From: Eledone cirrhosa
Taxonomy: Eukaryota
DNA length: 64,000 bases
Assembly: GCA_964016885.1 (NCBI GenBank)
Contig: OZ024752.1
Span: forward strand, 3,410,001-3,474,000
Direction of reading: 5' to 3'
A program made the translations under genes and the position numbers. The notes below the pieces were generated by a model that was not told the DNA's origin, made no database searches, and was given only the letters and a program-made list of their open reading frames with translations. Shown here piece after piece: positions 28,255 through 42,072 of the stretch (position 1 is its first letter; each line of letters opens with the position of its first letter).

Positions 28255-28300
<46 letters not shown>

Positions 28301-28641
28301 GATACTTAGTAAAATCGAATCTCTGGCGGTGTGCAAGCAAATTCGGCCTACTATATGAATGAGTTAGCAAAGTACTCGACAAAGTAGGTCCTTAGAGTAA
28401 TAACATACGTTTAAATAGCCTGACAAATTGAGCATTGTGGTAGGCAAAATCTAACACACAATATACCAAAGTAACGAAAGAACTAACAGGCTGAGAAAAA
28501 TACACCTGGACAAATCAAACGTTATACGTTTAAAGTGTTTCTATGACTCCGAAATCAAATATCAGACTTACGTAACTGGCAAGCTCGTGGTATTCATGAT
28601 CGAATAGAGGATTCAGTTCATCAACAGGTTTTCGTTCTATC

Positions 28642-28744
<103 letters not shown>

Positions 28745-28829
28745 CACATACACATGCATTCTTACAGTTACACGTATACACACAGACACATACATAGGCG
28801 CACAAAAACATGTACAAATAGAGAAATAT

Positions 28830-29480
28830 ACTAATTTAAAACAATATGGTTTGCTTGTGTCAATTTAAAGTAATAAATCAATAAAAATAACAAACCTATA
28901 TCGAGCAACTGCCTGTGATACCCGGACAGTTCAAAATCTGTTCCTCAAGAATTATTAACTGAAAGCCACCATTCCTGTGTTCTTCTGTGGGAATCCAGGA
29001 AATGCGTACCTTTCACTTCAAAAGATCTAAGAAGACTGAACTATGTGTTGATATAAAAGCATATATTGCAGCGCCTAGCTCAAAATAGCAGCTGGTTTTA
29101 TGAGACTAAAGTTTGCCCTACATATGGAGCCGAGAATATCATAGATTGAGTTAGAATGGTGCACAGGAATGGTGGCTTTCACATAATAATTCTTGCGAAA
29201 CAGATTTAGAACAATCCGAGTATCTGTCCGGCAGTTGCTCGATATAGGTTTGTTATTTTTATTGATTTATTACTTTAAATCGAGACAGGCAAACCATATT
29301 GTTTTAAATTAGTATTTTTTCAACCTAGCTAACTTAGTCATTTGCAATTCGAACACATATATACTTATATCGGTGTTCATCCCTCTCATATATTCAATTG
29401 TATTACACGGCTCGGAAAGATTCCCTTCCTTGAGCTATTTAATTGTAAAAGACTATTTCGAGTTTATAACTCAATCTATG
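28830..29480. mobile_element. Fold-back module, family L (arms 28830-28980 and 29162-29314 plus tail)
   Basis: Clear inverted arms with a ~180-nt spacer, ending in (TA)n. No HHR recognised. Confidence 0.6.
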
Positions 29481-29693
29481 ATATATATATATATATATAT
29501 TTATATAAATATATATACATGTATAAACATGTCCATATATACCCACATATATACACAATTACATATACATATATACACATGCACACATAAATAAACACAT
29601 GCTTACACATAAAAAAGTGTTATTCACATACAGTCAATATAAGTATACACAAAACAATTCATAGAGGCTAATTTATAATATATATATATATAT

Positions 29694-29847
29694 TTAGTTA
29701 TCTAATAAACAACATAAGATAATTATTTCGTGATTATTAAATGAAATAATTATCTTATATTGTTTATTACATAACTAATAAGCTTTGTAGCCTACATAGA
29801 GCACTCTTATTCCCTTTACCTTTCCGACGGAATTACTTCATTTATAC
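29694..29847. mobile_element. Small fold-back module, family M
   Basis: ttagttatctaataaacaacataagataattatttc pairs with gaaataattatcttatattgtttattacataactaa, plus a tail. GAAA-taatta-TC forms the 3' half of an HHR. Confidence 0.55.
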
Positions 29848-29919
29848 ATATATATATATATATTTATATATATATACATACATACACACACACACAGATA
29901 TATATATATACATATATAT

Positions 29920-29982
<63 letters not shown>

Positions 29983-29985
<3 letters not shown>

Positions 29986-30740
29986 GTAGATATACAAGAG
30001 GTAGTTCACCATACCGCGGTTAATTGTTTCACCTTAATACTTCATACTAAAAATATTATGTTTAAAGTTAAGACAAGTATTTGTAGATTTCAGATTTTGT
30101 AGGATTCTTTATTTCTCGGTTATGCATAAAGTACATTCTCATGTCCCTTTTTCATATTCTTTTCAATATGTAATTGATTGGTCTAAAAAGACTAATCAAT
30201 TACATATGGAATACTACGTTCTTTCATCTCCCACACTCGGTTTGCCAGCACCGTAGTTTTCTTTTTACTGGGTGTCTGAAGGAAGCGACATGTGCGTAGT
30301 ATCTTTGTTTTCATTTATCTTGAGTCATACCCACATATCGTTCCCCGGTATCTGGTTGGTTGGTGTTTACAGGTGTCACTTTAACTTCATATACAATAGA
30401 TTTTATGTTACATTTGTCCTGTAAAGGAAATTCTTCAGCATTGCTGCAATAACATTCTGGATTTCCTCTATGAATATTCCCGTTGGTAATCTTCCATGGA
30501 TGGACTGCAAGAATAGTTAATCTTAACTAAATTTCTATTAAAATATTATTATATCTATGATGTTGGAGGAAATGCTTATCTAAGAGACCAAGAGAGTTTC
30601 TGCCAACATTAGTTTTAACTAATAATGAAAAGGCTGGTGTAAATAAAATAATTTTTCTTTTGCTATTATTATGTTTAGTAGTATTAGTAAGATTAGGTAT
30701 ATATTTCTTCTTTCCTTTACCTTTTCTACGGAAGTACATT
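29983..30740 (-). mobile_element. Truncated Penelope-like element ending in the family A pLTR short terminus
   Basis: ORF relic followed by taaggtgaaaacaattaaccgcggtatggtgaacta…tacgtc|(TA)n. Confidence 0.75.
30060..30670 (-). pseudogene. PLE linker plus GIY-YIG endonuclease, decayed
   Basis: KRKIILFTPAFSLLVKTNVGRNSLGLLDKHF…ECYCSNAEEFPLQDKCNIKSIVYEVKV…RYVGMTQDK*KQRYYAHVASFRH…TVLANRVWEMKE…CTLCITEK*RIL…CLN. Confidence 0.85.
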
Positions 30741-30762
30741 ACACACACACACACATACTCAA

Positions 30763-30795
<33 letters not shown>

Positions 30796-31323
30796 CGCAC
30801 ACGCGTGTGTGTGTTTGTGTCTATACACACAAATACTCACATAGACACATATATCATGGATTAGAGTCATATATATCATATACACACACGCACACCAGAC
30901 GATGCATATATATGGGTGTGTATGTGTGAACACACATGCACATAGGAAAATGAGAAACTCACACATACAGTATTTCCCCTGCAGAAAAAGACATCATTTA
31001 CATGTGTTCTAATTTAAAAAGACAATTCTGAACAGATTCACACTTCCAAAGATAGTGTAGCTGAAAGAGGAGGTTACGTTATATGTAAGGGGAGTATTGT
31101 GAAAATGCCATAGGGTTCATAGCGTGTCACAACAGATGGCAGAGGTCAATAGGCCAATAGATGACAGACAATAAAATTTAGGGTGATTTAACATTGCATG
31201 TGTGTATGGCTTTCTGTGTTTCCCCAGGGAAACTGAAAGGGGCGGTGGTGTTGTTCGGTGTATCGACATATCAGTGACGATGGAAGAAGATGGAGCAGAG
31301 AAAGATAGGATTTGGAGTTAGGG

Positions 31324-31354
<31 letters not shown>

Positions 31355-31417
31355 GTGCGTGTGTGTGTGTGTGTATATATATATGTGTATATATATATAT
31401 ATATGTATATGTGTTTG

Positions 31418-31448
<31 letters not shown>

Positions 31449-31509
31449 TTATGTGTGCGTGTGTGCATGTGTATATGTGGGTGCGTGTATATATATACAT
31501 ATATATATA

Positions 31510-31596
31510 TATATATGTATGTATACGTACATGCATATATGTATACAGACCTTCATGTTTATGTACATACATACATACATACATGCACACACACAC

Positions 31597-31654
<58 letters not shown>

Positions 31655-32253
31655 GTATGGGTTTACCGAACATTTATTATAATGCTCGGTTTGTTTGGAA
31701 ACAAACAGCCCGAATTATTAGCAGTACAGTGTTCGGCAACCATCGTTGCCATTTTGTTCAACACTGACAAAGGAACGATGAACTAGTTTCTAGCTTATTA
31801 GCTGTCATCATGTTTTTCCATTTATCGTTTTCGGTACACCCGGCCGACTAACTCACTCGATATGCAAATTAGGCTGTTCAGTCATTAATATGCATAAGGA
31901 AATTATATACTTTCAAACGTTCAATCAACTGACAGGAAGGTATACAGTGCTGATGACAGCTAATAAGGTAGAAACTAGTTCATCGTTCCTTTGTCAGTGT
32001 TGACCAAAATGGCAACGATGGTTGCCGAACACTGTACTGCTAATAATTCGGGCTGTTTCTCTAAAAACAAACCGAGCATTATAATAAATGTTCGGTAAAC
32101 CTATACATACATATAGATATATATGTGTGTGTGCATGTATGTATGTATATACATACTACTGTACGTCTGTATACATATATGTATGTACGTATGCATACTT
32201 ATATTTAAGTATCAGCCGTACTAAGAGGGAGAAACGATATTTCATTTTTTCGA
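31510..32253. mobile_element. Family F fold-back module
   Basis: Arms 31651-31810 and 31951-32108, tail to 32253. Homologous to 17207-18200. Confidence 0.75.
31947..31985 (+). ncRNA. Minimal hammerhead ribozyme motif, family F
   Basis: gtg CTGATGA c-agct-aata-aggt-a GAAA ctag TT catcg, with a mirror copy at 31776-31810. Confidence 0.7.
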
Positions 32254-35029
32254 TTTATATATATATATACATATAATCATTTTATTATGCTTCAATAGTC
32301 TGTCTTGACATTACAGGGTCATCAGACAAGAACAAGATTGCAATGCCAGACAAGAAGATTTGAGTTGGGTAAGGAGGATATAATTGGGAATGGATAAAAA
32401 AGGTATGGTGGAAAGGTTTGGTGTGGAAGTGGGGGAGGATAAGTCTGTGTGAAAGCAGAATAAAATAAAATGAATATTAACACTCTACTTCGGTACTGTT
32501 AACTCGTTTTTTCTCTGAATTTATATCACACAGATACACATTTGACTTCCATCAATTCAAAATATTGTATCTATTCAAATTAAATGGCGAATGTAATATC
32601 GGGTTTGCAACATATGTTTATATAGCGATTTTCATTGTTTTTATTCGTATGTTTGTTGTTGCTCAGAATATCTGTAATGTGTTTGGCTCCTTTTGCTGGG
32701 TGGTAAATATGTTCCACGTATGCTAGGTAATCAGTGTCATGACTCCAAACGTTAGAAGTGGAGTGTATAGCTGATGTAGTTTCGTCTTGGGGAATGTTTC
32801 ACAAACTTCTCATCTATGTGGCCCATTTTTTTAGTCAAAAGAATGTCAGGCGTAGATAATCACAAATATAACAAGAAATACATTTCATTTACGAAAGCAT
32901 AAATTAGTATAAAATATATATCCTGACTAATGACTAAACTGCTCCAGGTGTCTATCTATCAACTTGTCAAGTTGAAATTCCAAGAAAAAGTAATAGAATT
33001 TCAAAGCAAACATATTTCCCTTGGGTCACCTCCACGCCTACTTTGAGAATCATTTGTCTAGAGTATTGATTATTCAGTTATCGGTGTTACAGTGTCGGAT
33101 ATGATTTATGAAAGAGTATATATATTAATTTATTGTATTGAGTGTTAATCTTGCAGAGCATATGTTGAGCGTTCTTGTTATGTTTTGTGTGGAGAGTGTG
33201 TGATAAAATCGTTATCAACCTCTACAGATTATGGGCGGCACCGAGCAATGCTATTTCTAACCTGTTGATATCACTGTTTGCCTATATCATACACAGTGCT
33301 CCATTCATTATTTTCAGTGTCTTTATGTTCGTGCATCATGTCATCTTTATTTAGATTTCAAAATCATTCTATTTTGAGGATTTACCCACTAAGAATTGGT
33401 AAATATTTTGTTAAAGAAGTGATTTAGATGTATATCGCTCTGTATATGTCTTTGTCTCAGTACTTGAATGTAATATAAGAACTCTTTGCCTTGATTGAGT
33501 TTTCAATTTAAATGACCATATCGCATAATATGAGCAAGTCATTGTCATGTTTAGTATGTATTTATACTATTTCGTGTCAGTTTTCACATTAAGTTGTTGG
33601 CATATTTTCCGCTAATTTTGGCTGCGATCTCTAATGTAATTTCTAGATATTTCTGATGACTTGGCAGCAACTGTTGATGTAGTAAACCATCTCATTCAGC
33701 TAATTGCATATGGTGCATTTAATGTTACAATTTGCTTTTATTATAATATATATTCACTTATTTGTAACCTAATACTGTCGTTCTCTATCTAAAATTATTC
33801 CTTTTGTTTCTGCTTTTAGTCATATTCTTTAAGAAATTGATGATTCTGATTCTGTGTTTCGTCTCTGATGAGCTATGGGTGTTATTGGCAGTGAAGGCGC
33901 GTTCTTTTCTCTTCCTTTTCAGTATATTCTATCATCGAATTATAATATTATTAAAGTTTGATATTTTTAACTTTTCCCATTACATTGTTAATGTTTCATC
34001 TCTTGTTTCAGTGTAGTTACATTCTTGTTCATATTTTATTGTTTCTTTTTATATAGAAAACGGTTTTTGATTTCTTAACTTTTGCGTCTAAGTATCTTCC
34101 TATACCGACTATTGTAATTTTATTATAATTATCTATATTCATCAGAACTCGAACTTCTTAGGTGCAGGTTATTTATTTTCTAACTATATCTGCTTTAGAG
34201 TTATGGACACTGTATGTTGTCAACCGATTTCTGTTTTTTGTTTTCTCGAAGTATTTCAAATTATTAAAATTCAAAATTACTACATTGAAGCTAAACATTA
34301 TAACGTTAATGGCTAGCATTTTATGTCCATATTCTCTTATTTCTTGCATTGATTGTGGTTATTAATATTAGTATTAAACAGTTTTTTTTTCTTTAAAACA
34401 TCATTTTAATTATCCTTTCATTTCTATGTATTACATTCTATTGGATTCATCTGTTCAGAGAAATGTGTAATGGGTTCTGTGGTCTAATAATTCGATTTCA
34501 GTAATTATGTCTAGAGTAATATTTTCAGTGCTGGTTAATTTGACACTACTTTTAATTCAGTTGCCATTTTTGTCTAGTCCCATACTTATGTTCAGAGATA
34601 ATAATTTATACCTGTTCCCCTGAAAATAGTATTTGATCATCAATATAGGTGAAATAAGCCATAGGTAATCTATAGCCTTGCTACACAATCGTGTTCACCA
34701 ATACCGTTCGAGTCAGGTAAATGTATAGTGTGCTGTGAATAATGAATCCATTTAAAAATGCATCTTCGAATGTGTATAAGTTTGGTCTTCATTGTGTGTA
34801 CCTTTTTTGTACTACTTGTGCTCTGCTCAACTGCATACAGCTTGCATTGTGCTCTGCTCAACTGCATACAGCTTGCATTGACCGAAATTTGATTTACCCG
34901 TCTAGAACAGGAAATATCGGATGTTTTCAATACCCGAGAATATCACCGCTTTATGTGTTGCCAAGCAATATTAATAATACCAGCGAATGTGAAACCTGTC
35001 TTTAGCCCACATTATAGTAGACGCTATTT

Positions 35030-35171
35030 CTGGAGTCCAGAAATAGCCGTCGAAACGGCTTGAGCTCTGCCGTCGGGGTTAAAAATGTTCCTATTACCCA
35101 CTCTACTACCCTAAGTATTGAGTACTGTGGTGCGTTATGGTCCATCTGGTTCCTTACCACACTTCCTTCGT
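35030..35171 (+). mobile_element. Family D long terminus preceded by a small hairpin
   Basis: gctatttctgga-g-tccagaaatagc followed by gtcgaaacggc, the tail and (TA)n. Confidence 0.7.
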
Positions 35172-35208
<37 letters not shown>

Positions 35209-36670
35209 TCATACATATACACTGCATATGTACACACTAACGCACACATGCTTATCGGTGTACATGTGTGTTGGACTGCACATACATATGTGCATGAGTG
35301 TGTGCGTGCTTCTGTATGCATGCAATCAAGAATTTCATAAGAAGCTAGTTGTTTCTTTCACGTGACAGAAATGATATAGCTAGATGTGAAATGAGCCCAC
35401 AGCTATATAATGCTCAAGTGCATTATAGTGAATAATAGTCTGTTAGCCTGGCAGCGATTTGTCAAAAGTTATTAACAGTGTGCCCTTCATCGCGTCCCAC
35501 TACGGTAAATATCTTCACCGATGGTTCACCATGTCATCGTCCTTAATATCTGCTCCTTTCACACTCACTTAAATTGGAGATGCATTCTTGTAATTGATGA
35601 AGATAATTAAAAGCAAATATTTGTTATAGATGAAATAATCTATTAATAATTTAAGATATTTTTTGTTCTCATTGTTTTTGTTTTGTAATATATAATAATA
35701 TGATGGATATTCATGTATTAATAACGACATTCTCATAAATCTTTTAGATTGCGATTATGCCGTCAGTGTGTACTTTGTGGCTCCTTTGTGGGATGCTAAT
35801 CGTGGGGTTACGGAAGCAAATATTACAGTGAGAAATTTACTGTCGGTTTCATTTATGTGCTCTAGACATCAAATTAATGGAGGAACCGAGAAAGAAAGCG
35901 AGCAATACGGAGCGATAGAAACATCCGTATTAAGTTGAATTAATGTACATTTACATTTATTTTAATACGTTAATGCACTTAATACGCTAACGTACTTAAT
36001 CTGTTTCAATGGTATAATATTGATGCCATTAAAGGTAGGAATTTAAGGTCATAACTATCTCATTTATATCATAAAACTTTATTACTCATCACCATTTATG
36101 TTTATAAATGTCAGTACTTAAAGTGGAACAATTATTATTATTTTTATTTTCTTTCAACCCTGGATTGACGTAGTAGAGAATGCAATTCATGTTATAGGCA
36201 TGGTATTTACTAGTAACCAATACTTCATAAGGCAAACCAAAGTTATACTGTTCAAATATTTCCTATTCATATTCGCCCTTTGGTAGTGACTGTGTGTGTG
36301 AACGTGCCTGACATTCGAATGATGGTCAATATGTACGAAAATCTATTATTCAATTCACTTTGCCATTATTCTAACAAAATTTAGCCCTGAAATATTGTCT
36401 AGTTCGTACTGATGGAGCAATTAAATTTCCGAAAAATATTTCAAGGTGTAAACAATATGTGCCATGCTAAATGCAAACAGGTGAAAGAAATATTGACTAC
36501 GAGGAGGTATCTTTCAAGGTGTCTTCGGTTACATAATTGCTGTGCAGTTATTCATGAAATGTTCAAATTAAATACATGCGAAATTTCAAATAATAATATA
36601 GAGAACCATCTTCTAGTACTGTTTGTTTATATGTATTCATACATACATACAGACACACTGTATATATATT

Positions 36671-36821
<151 letters not shown>

Positions 36822-36822
36822 C

Positions 36823-36897
<75 letters not shown>

Positions 36898-36907
36898 CAT
36901 ATATATA

Positions 36908-38090
36908 TCTATATATATAAAACTGTGGTTGTCTGTCTGTCTATCGATTTTTGGCAGACATCTCCTCTTAGAATCTCTCACGGAATTGCACCGAAATTGC
37001 TATACTTGTACATTGAGCCCTAGCGAGGACATCGGAAAAAAAATATTTCGAATTGACCCGCCCTATCTGACGAAATCGAATATAATGTATCGATTTTTGA
37101 GCGTAAGTGATCAGTTATTTCCCTTTGTTCTGTTTACATTCAGCGTAGCGTCTTACGTTCTCTTTACATTTTCTGCGTGCAAAAATTAAAAAAATTACGC
37201 TGGCAAAAATTAAAAAAATTACGCTGTCTTTCTCAGCGTTTAAAATGGCATTAACACAATACACGAACAGTTGTCGAGCCAGCAAAATTTTGACCTGCAA
37301 AATTCATCAGTTCGAACACTAAGCTTCCGTTTTGCTTCATTTCCATTTAAAAGCCTTTTAAAACAATATTTTTACTTGAAAACAAGTATATTTAAAGACT
37401 ACGTAAAACAAGCAAATATTTCGTAAAAAAAAGCAAAAATGATATAAGTTTATTTAAAATATATGTATCTGTAAATTTCGTTAGGCGTGCAGACAGACAG
37501 TCGTGCAGAGAGGTGATATACGCGTGCAGACAGACAGTCGTGCAGAGAGGTGATATAGGCGTGCAGACAGACAGTTATGCAGAGAGGTGATATAGGCGTG
37601 CAGACAGACAGTCATGCAGAGAGGTGATATAGGCGATTATTTCCCTTTTATGGAATGAGCAGACGATTAGCGAATGTGCAGACGATTAAGTAAATCTTTA
37701 GTAGAGTGAATTGGAATCTCCAGTTTGTTTAATAGCTTCATTTGCACTGTACTGCCTTTGTATGCTACAACGCTTTAAAAGTTCGGCGAGTTCATTACTT
37801 CGTAAGTTATTGATATTTATTTTTTTATTACAACGGTTAGCAAACTTTCCCTATTAAACGTTTAAATTTATTTTACGGTCTTATAAGGCTGAATTTACTT
37901 TAATTCGGGTTATCGTTATGTTTTCTTAACTTCATAAGGCATATTGTTGGTTGAGGGAATATTAATCAAAAACACCACATGCAAGTCTGCACAGTAGACA
38001 CTACAGTTTTTAAGCCAAAAAAGAAACTTAACATTGTAACTTTAACACAGCTACTGAGCGACCCCGAGCAACGCCGGGCTTTACTGCTGG
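36908..38090 (+). mobile_element. Non-autonomous Helitron-like element
   Basis: 5' TC-tatatatataaaa then (TGTC)n. 3' hairpin cccgagcaacgccggg then CTGG|T. Internal 37-bp minisatellite. Confidence 0.65.
37482..37635 (+). repeat. 37-bp tandem repeat, 4 copies
   Basis: Unit taggcgtgcagacagacagtcgtgcagagaggtgata. Confidence 0.9.
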
Positions 38091-39694
<1,604 letters not shown>

Positions 39695-39741
39695 AACGAG
39701 TAGGACCCCGACGGCTGAGCTCAAACCGTTTCGACGGCTAA

Positions 39742-40876
39742 AACTGCTTCGAATTCTGGATGGAAAAATGGTGCCTGCGTGAAATAGAAGAGATGCTCAA
39801 CAAAAAGGTGTTTTATTTTGCTTTCGGCAATATGTCATGGAGCATATCTTGTATGCAGTGTGGCAACAACTATTCTGAGCAATGTCCAGTCCAGACACCC
39901 CGGAGTTCAAGGAGTTCAAAAAAGATTGGATGTCAAGGACAAGACCAACTTTAAAACATTGAACATTGTCGACCGGTGACGCAAGCGTCTGTGTTCTGAG
40001 AACATCAAGTTCCTCCAAGATTTGCTGACATCCGACGATGGGAAAATCAGTTCTCTTCCGCGGGACGACTACCGAGAGTGTGCTGGGTTGATGTTGATCT
40101 TGTTTGGTGTCATCCCTCCTCGTGGAATTCATTGGATGCTGCCTGGTGCACATCATAACGCTCGGTGGATGTCCACAATCATCTATAGTGCAAAGACGTA
40201 TGCATTTGGTGAGCGACTCAATTACGATCAAGCTAAAATGGAAAAGTTGCGCCGAATCTGGATGATCAATGCTCTGTTCTACGTGCGATACTGGCTGACA
40301 GCAGTCAAGTGTGCTGATGCACTATCCAATGCCATTCAATTGTACGTAGAGTTGATACAGTACAGTCAGGTTGACAGAGATCTCTCGCAGGCAGCCACTA
40401 CTGCTCTGAGCAGGCATCTTTGGTACCTGATAGAGGAACCCATTCCGCTAGCGCTGTATTCAAGTCCGGTCCAAGAGTCCGAGAAGAAACAAATAGCCCA
40501 ACGTCTTCTCAAAACGAAAACGTCTGGGCCTCTCGACCGTGGTGCCCCAGTATTTCCCGAGTTGAAGTCGTCCACGGAGATGCCTCATCTAGTTGGGAAG
40601 AAATCAAGGCTTCTGTTCGATCTCCTTGGTCTCGACGATACTTGGTTTGAGCTGCCACCTGCAACTTGGTCATCACAAGCGTCATATCAAAATGCCTGTG
40701 CTGTTGTTCACAATATCAAGGTAGTCAACGATCTGGCGGAGAGAGCAGTCAAGTTGATAACTGATTTTGTTGCTATCACCAAGAATGAGGAGGAGAAACA
40801 GCGTGTTCTTCAAGTAGTCGAAGTTCATCGTCGCAAGGTCCCGGATTTCAAAGAAGAAACTCTGAAAAAAATATGA
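39742..40876 (+). pseudogene. DNA transposase relic, hAT-superfamily-like (hATm-type), 5'-truncated and frameshifted
   Basis: [25 protein letters not shown](C)RQYVMEHIL (frameshifted). The 284-aa ORF then carries RDDYRE, PGAHHNARWM (RW motif), RHLWYL.EE and VVNDLAERAVKL (catalytic-Glu-like motif). Subfamily assignment is from motif recall. Confidence 0.7.
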
Positions 40877-41151
40877 CTGGAGTTAACTTAACTGAACTTG
40901 TTTCTTCCTTGTACGCCTTTATATTCAAAGCTGGTTTACTAAATATAATTGTTTAATAAAATAAACAATTACTGTATGCTCATATTTGGTTTCATATGTC
41001 TATGCATCATTACATCAGAACAATAATAACAATATTAACAATATCACCAATGCTCGAATAAATTAGTTAGACCGTAAATAGTTAAAAATAATCACATCAT
41101 ATATATATATATAAATATATATAAATATATATACATATATACATATATATC

Positions 41152-41191
<40 letters not shown>

Positions 41192-41236
41192 GTGACGAAA
41201 CATAAGTCAATTGCATGAACTCATAATCCTTTATTT

Positions 41237-41286
41237 ACTGCTATATATATTTCGATGATAGCCATTGAATGACCTCATCAGGCAGT
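41237..41286 (-). ncRNA. Minimal type-I hammerhead ribozyme motif, family E
   Basis: Reverse complement reads actgc CTGATGA g-gtcattcaatggc-tatcat-c GAAA tatata TA gcagt, within the (TA)n-flanked island 41191-41350. Confidence 0.75.
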
Positions 41287-41345
41287 TAGTCAGTTCTTAG
41301 ATATGCCAGCTCTGTGTGTATAGTGTTGATGGTATCAGAGCCTTG

Positions 41346-41423
<78 letters not shown>

Positions 41424-41434
41424 TTATATATATG

Positions 41435-41465
<31 letters not shown>

Positions 41466-41879
41466 TTATATATATGTATATATATATATATATTTATATA
41501 TATGTATATATATATATATACATTTATATATATATATACATTTATATATATGTATATATATATATATATGCGAAGTCACAATGCTAACGCTCCCTGTGTA
41601 TTTTTCCATTATAAATGCCCCAATTGGTAAAATAAAACATATTTTGTATAAAATAAATTATTTTGAGTTTGCCTATATCATGGTGATTATAGTGGAATGT
41701 GTGAGTATGATGCATGAAATCATGAAAATGTGAAACCAAATATGACCATACAATAATTGTTTATTCACAGCTTGCTTACAATATCCTATATTAACTTCAT
41801 CCGAGTATAATTCCTATTTTTCAGTATGATGATATAGAAATATTCGTAGTTGAAAGTTAAGTGTAACAGACTGCATTTT

Positions 41880-42072
41880 TCAGTATCGATAGAGCGTCGA
41901 ACACCATGCTTCATGGCATAGAGTTACGGCCCTTTAAGTTCTGGATTAAAATCTCGCCGAGGGTAGCTTCGCCTTCCATCGTTACCGGAGTCGATAAAAT
42001 AGACCACCAATAATGCACTAAAGACGATCCCCAAAAATCTGTTGGCCTTGTGCCTAAATCAGAAATCATTAT
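41880..42072 (+). mobile_element. tRNA-derived SINE (Nin/Deu-like), diverged
   Basis: cgccgagg…gccttccatc…gtcgataaaata…ggccttgtgcctaaa. Confidence 0.65.

Noticed and set aside
33180-33700. Faint plus-strand RT-like motifs (VIF.DF.K.F, DD); similar hints at 18900-19300 and 57200-57500
   Set aside because: Too degenerate to support by eye; needs a frameshift-aware profile search.
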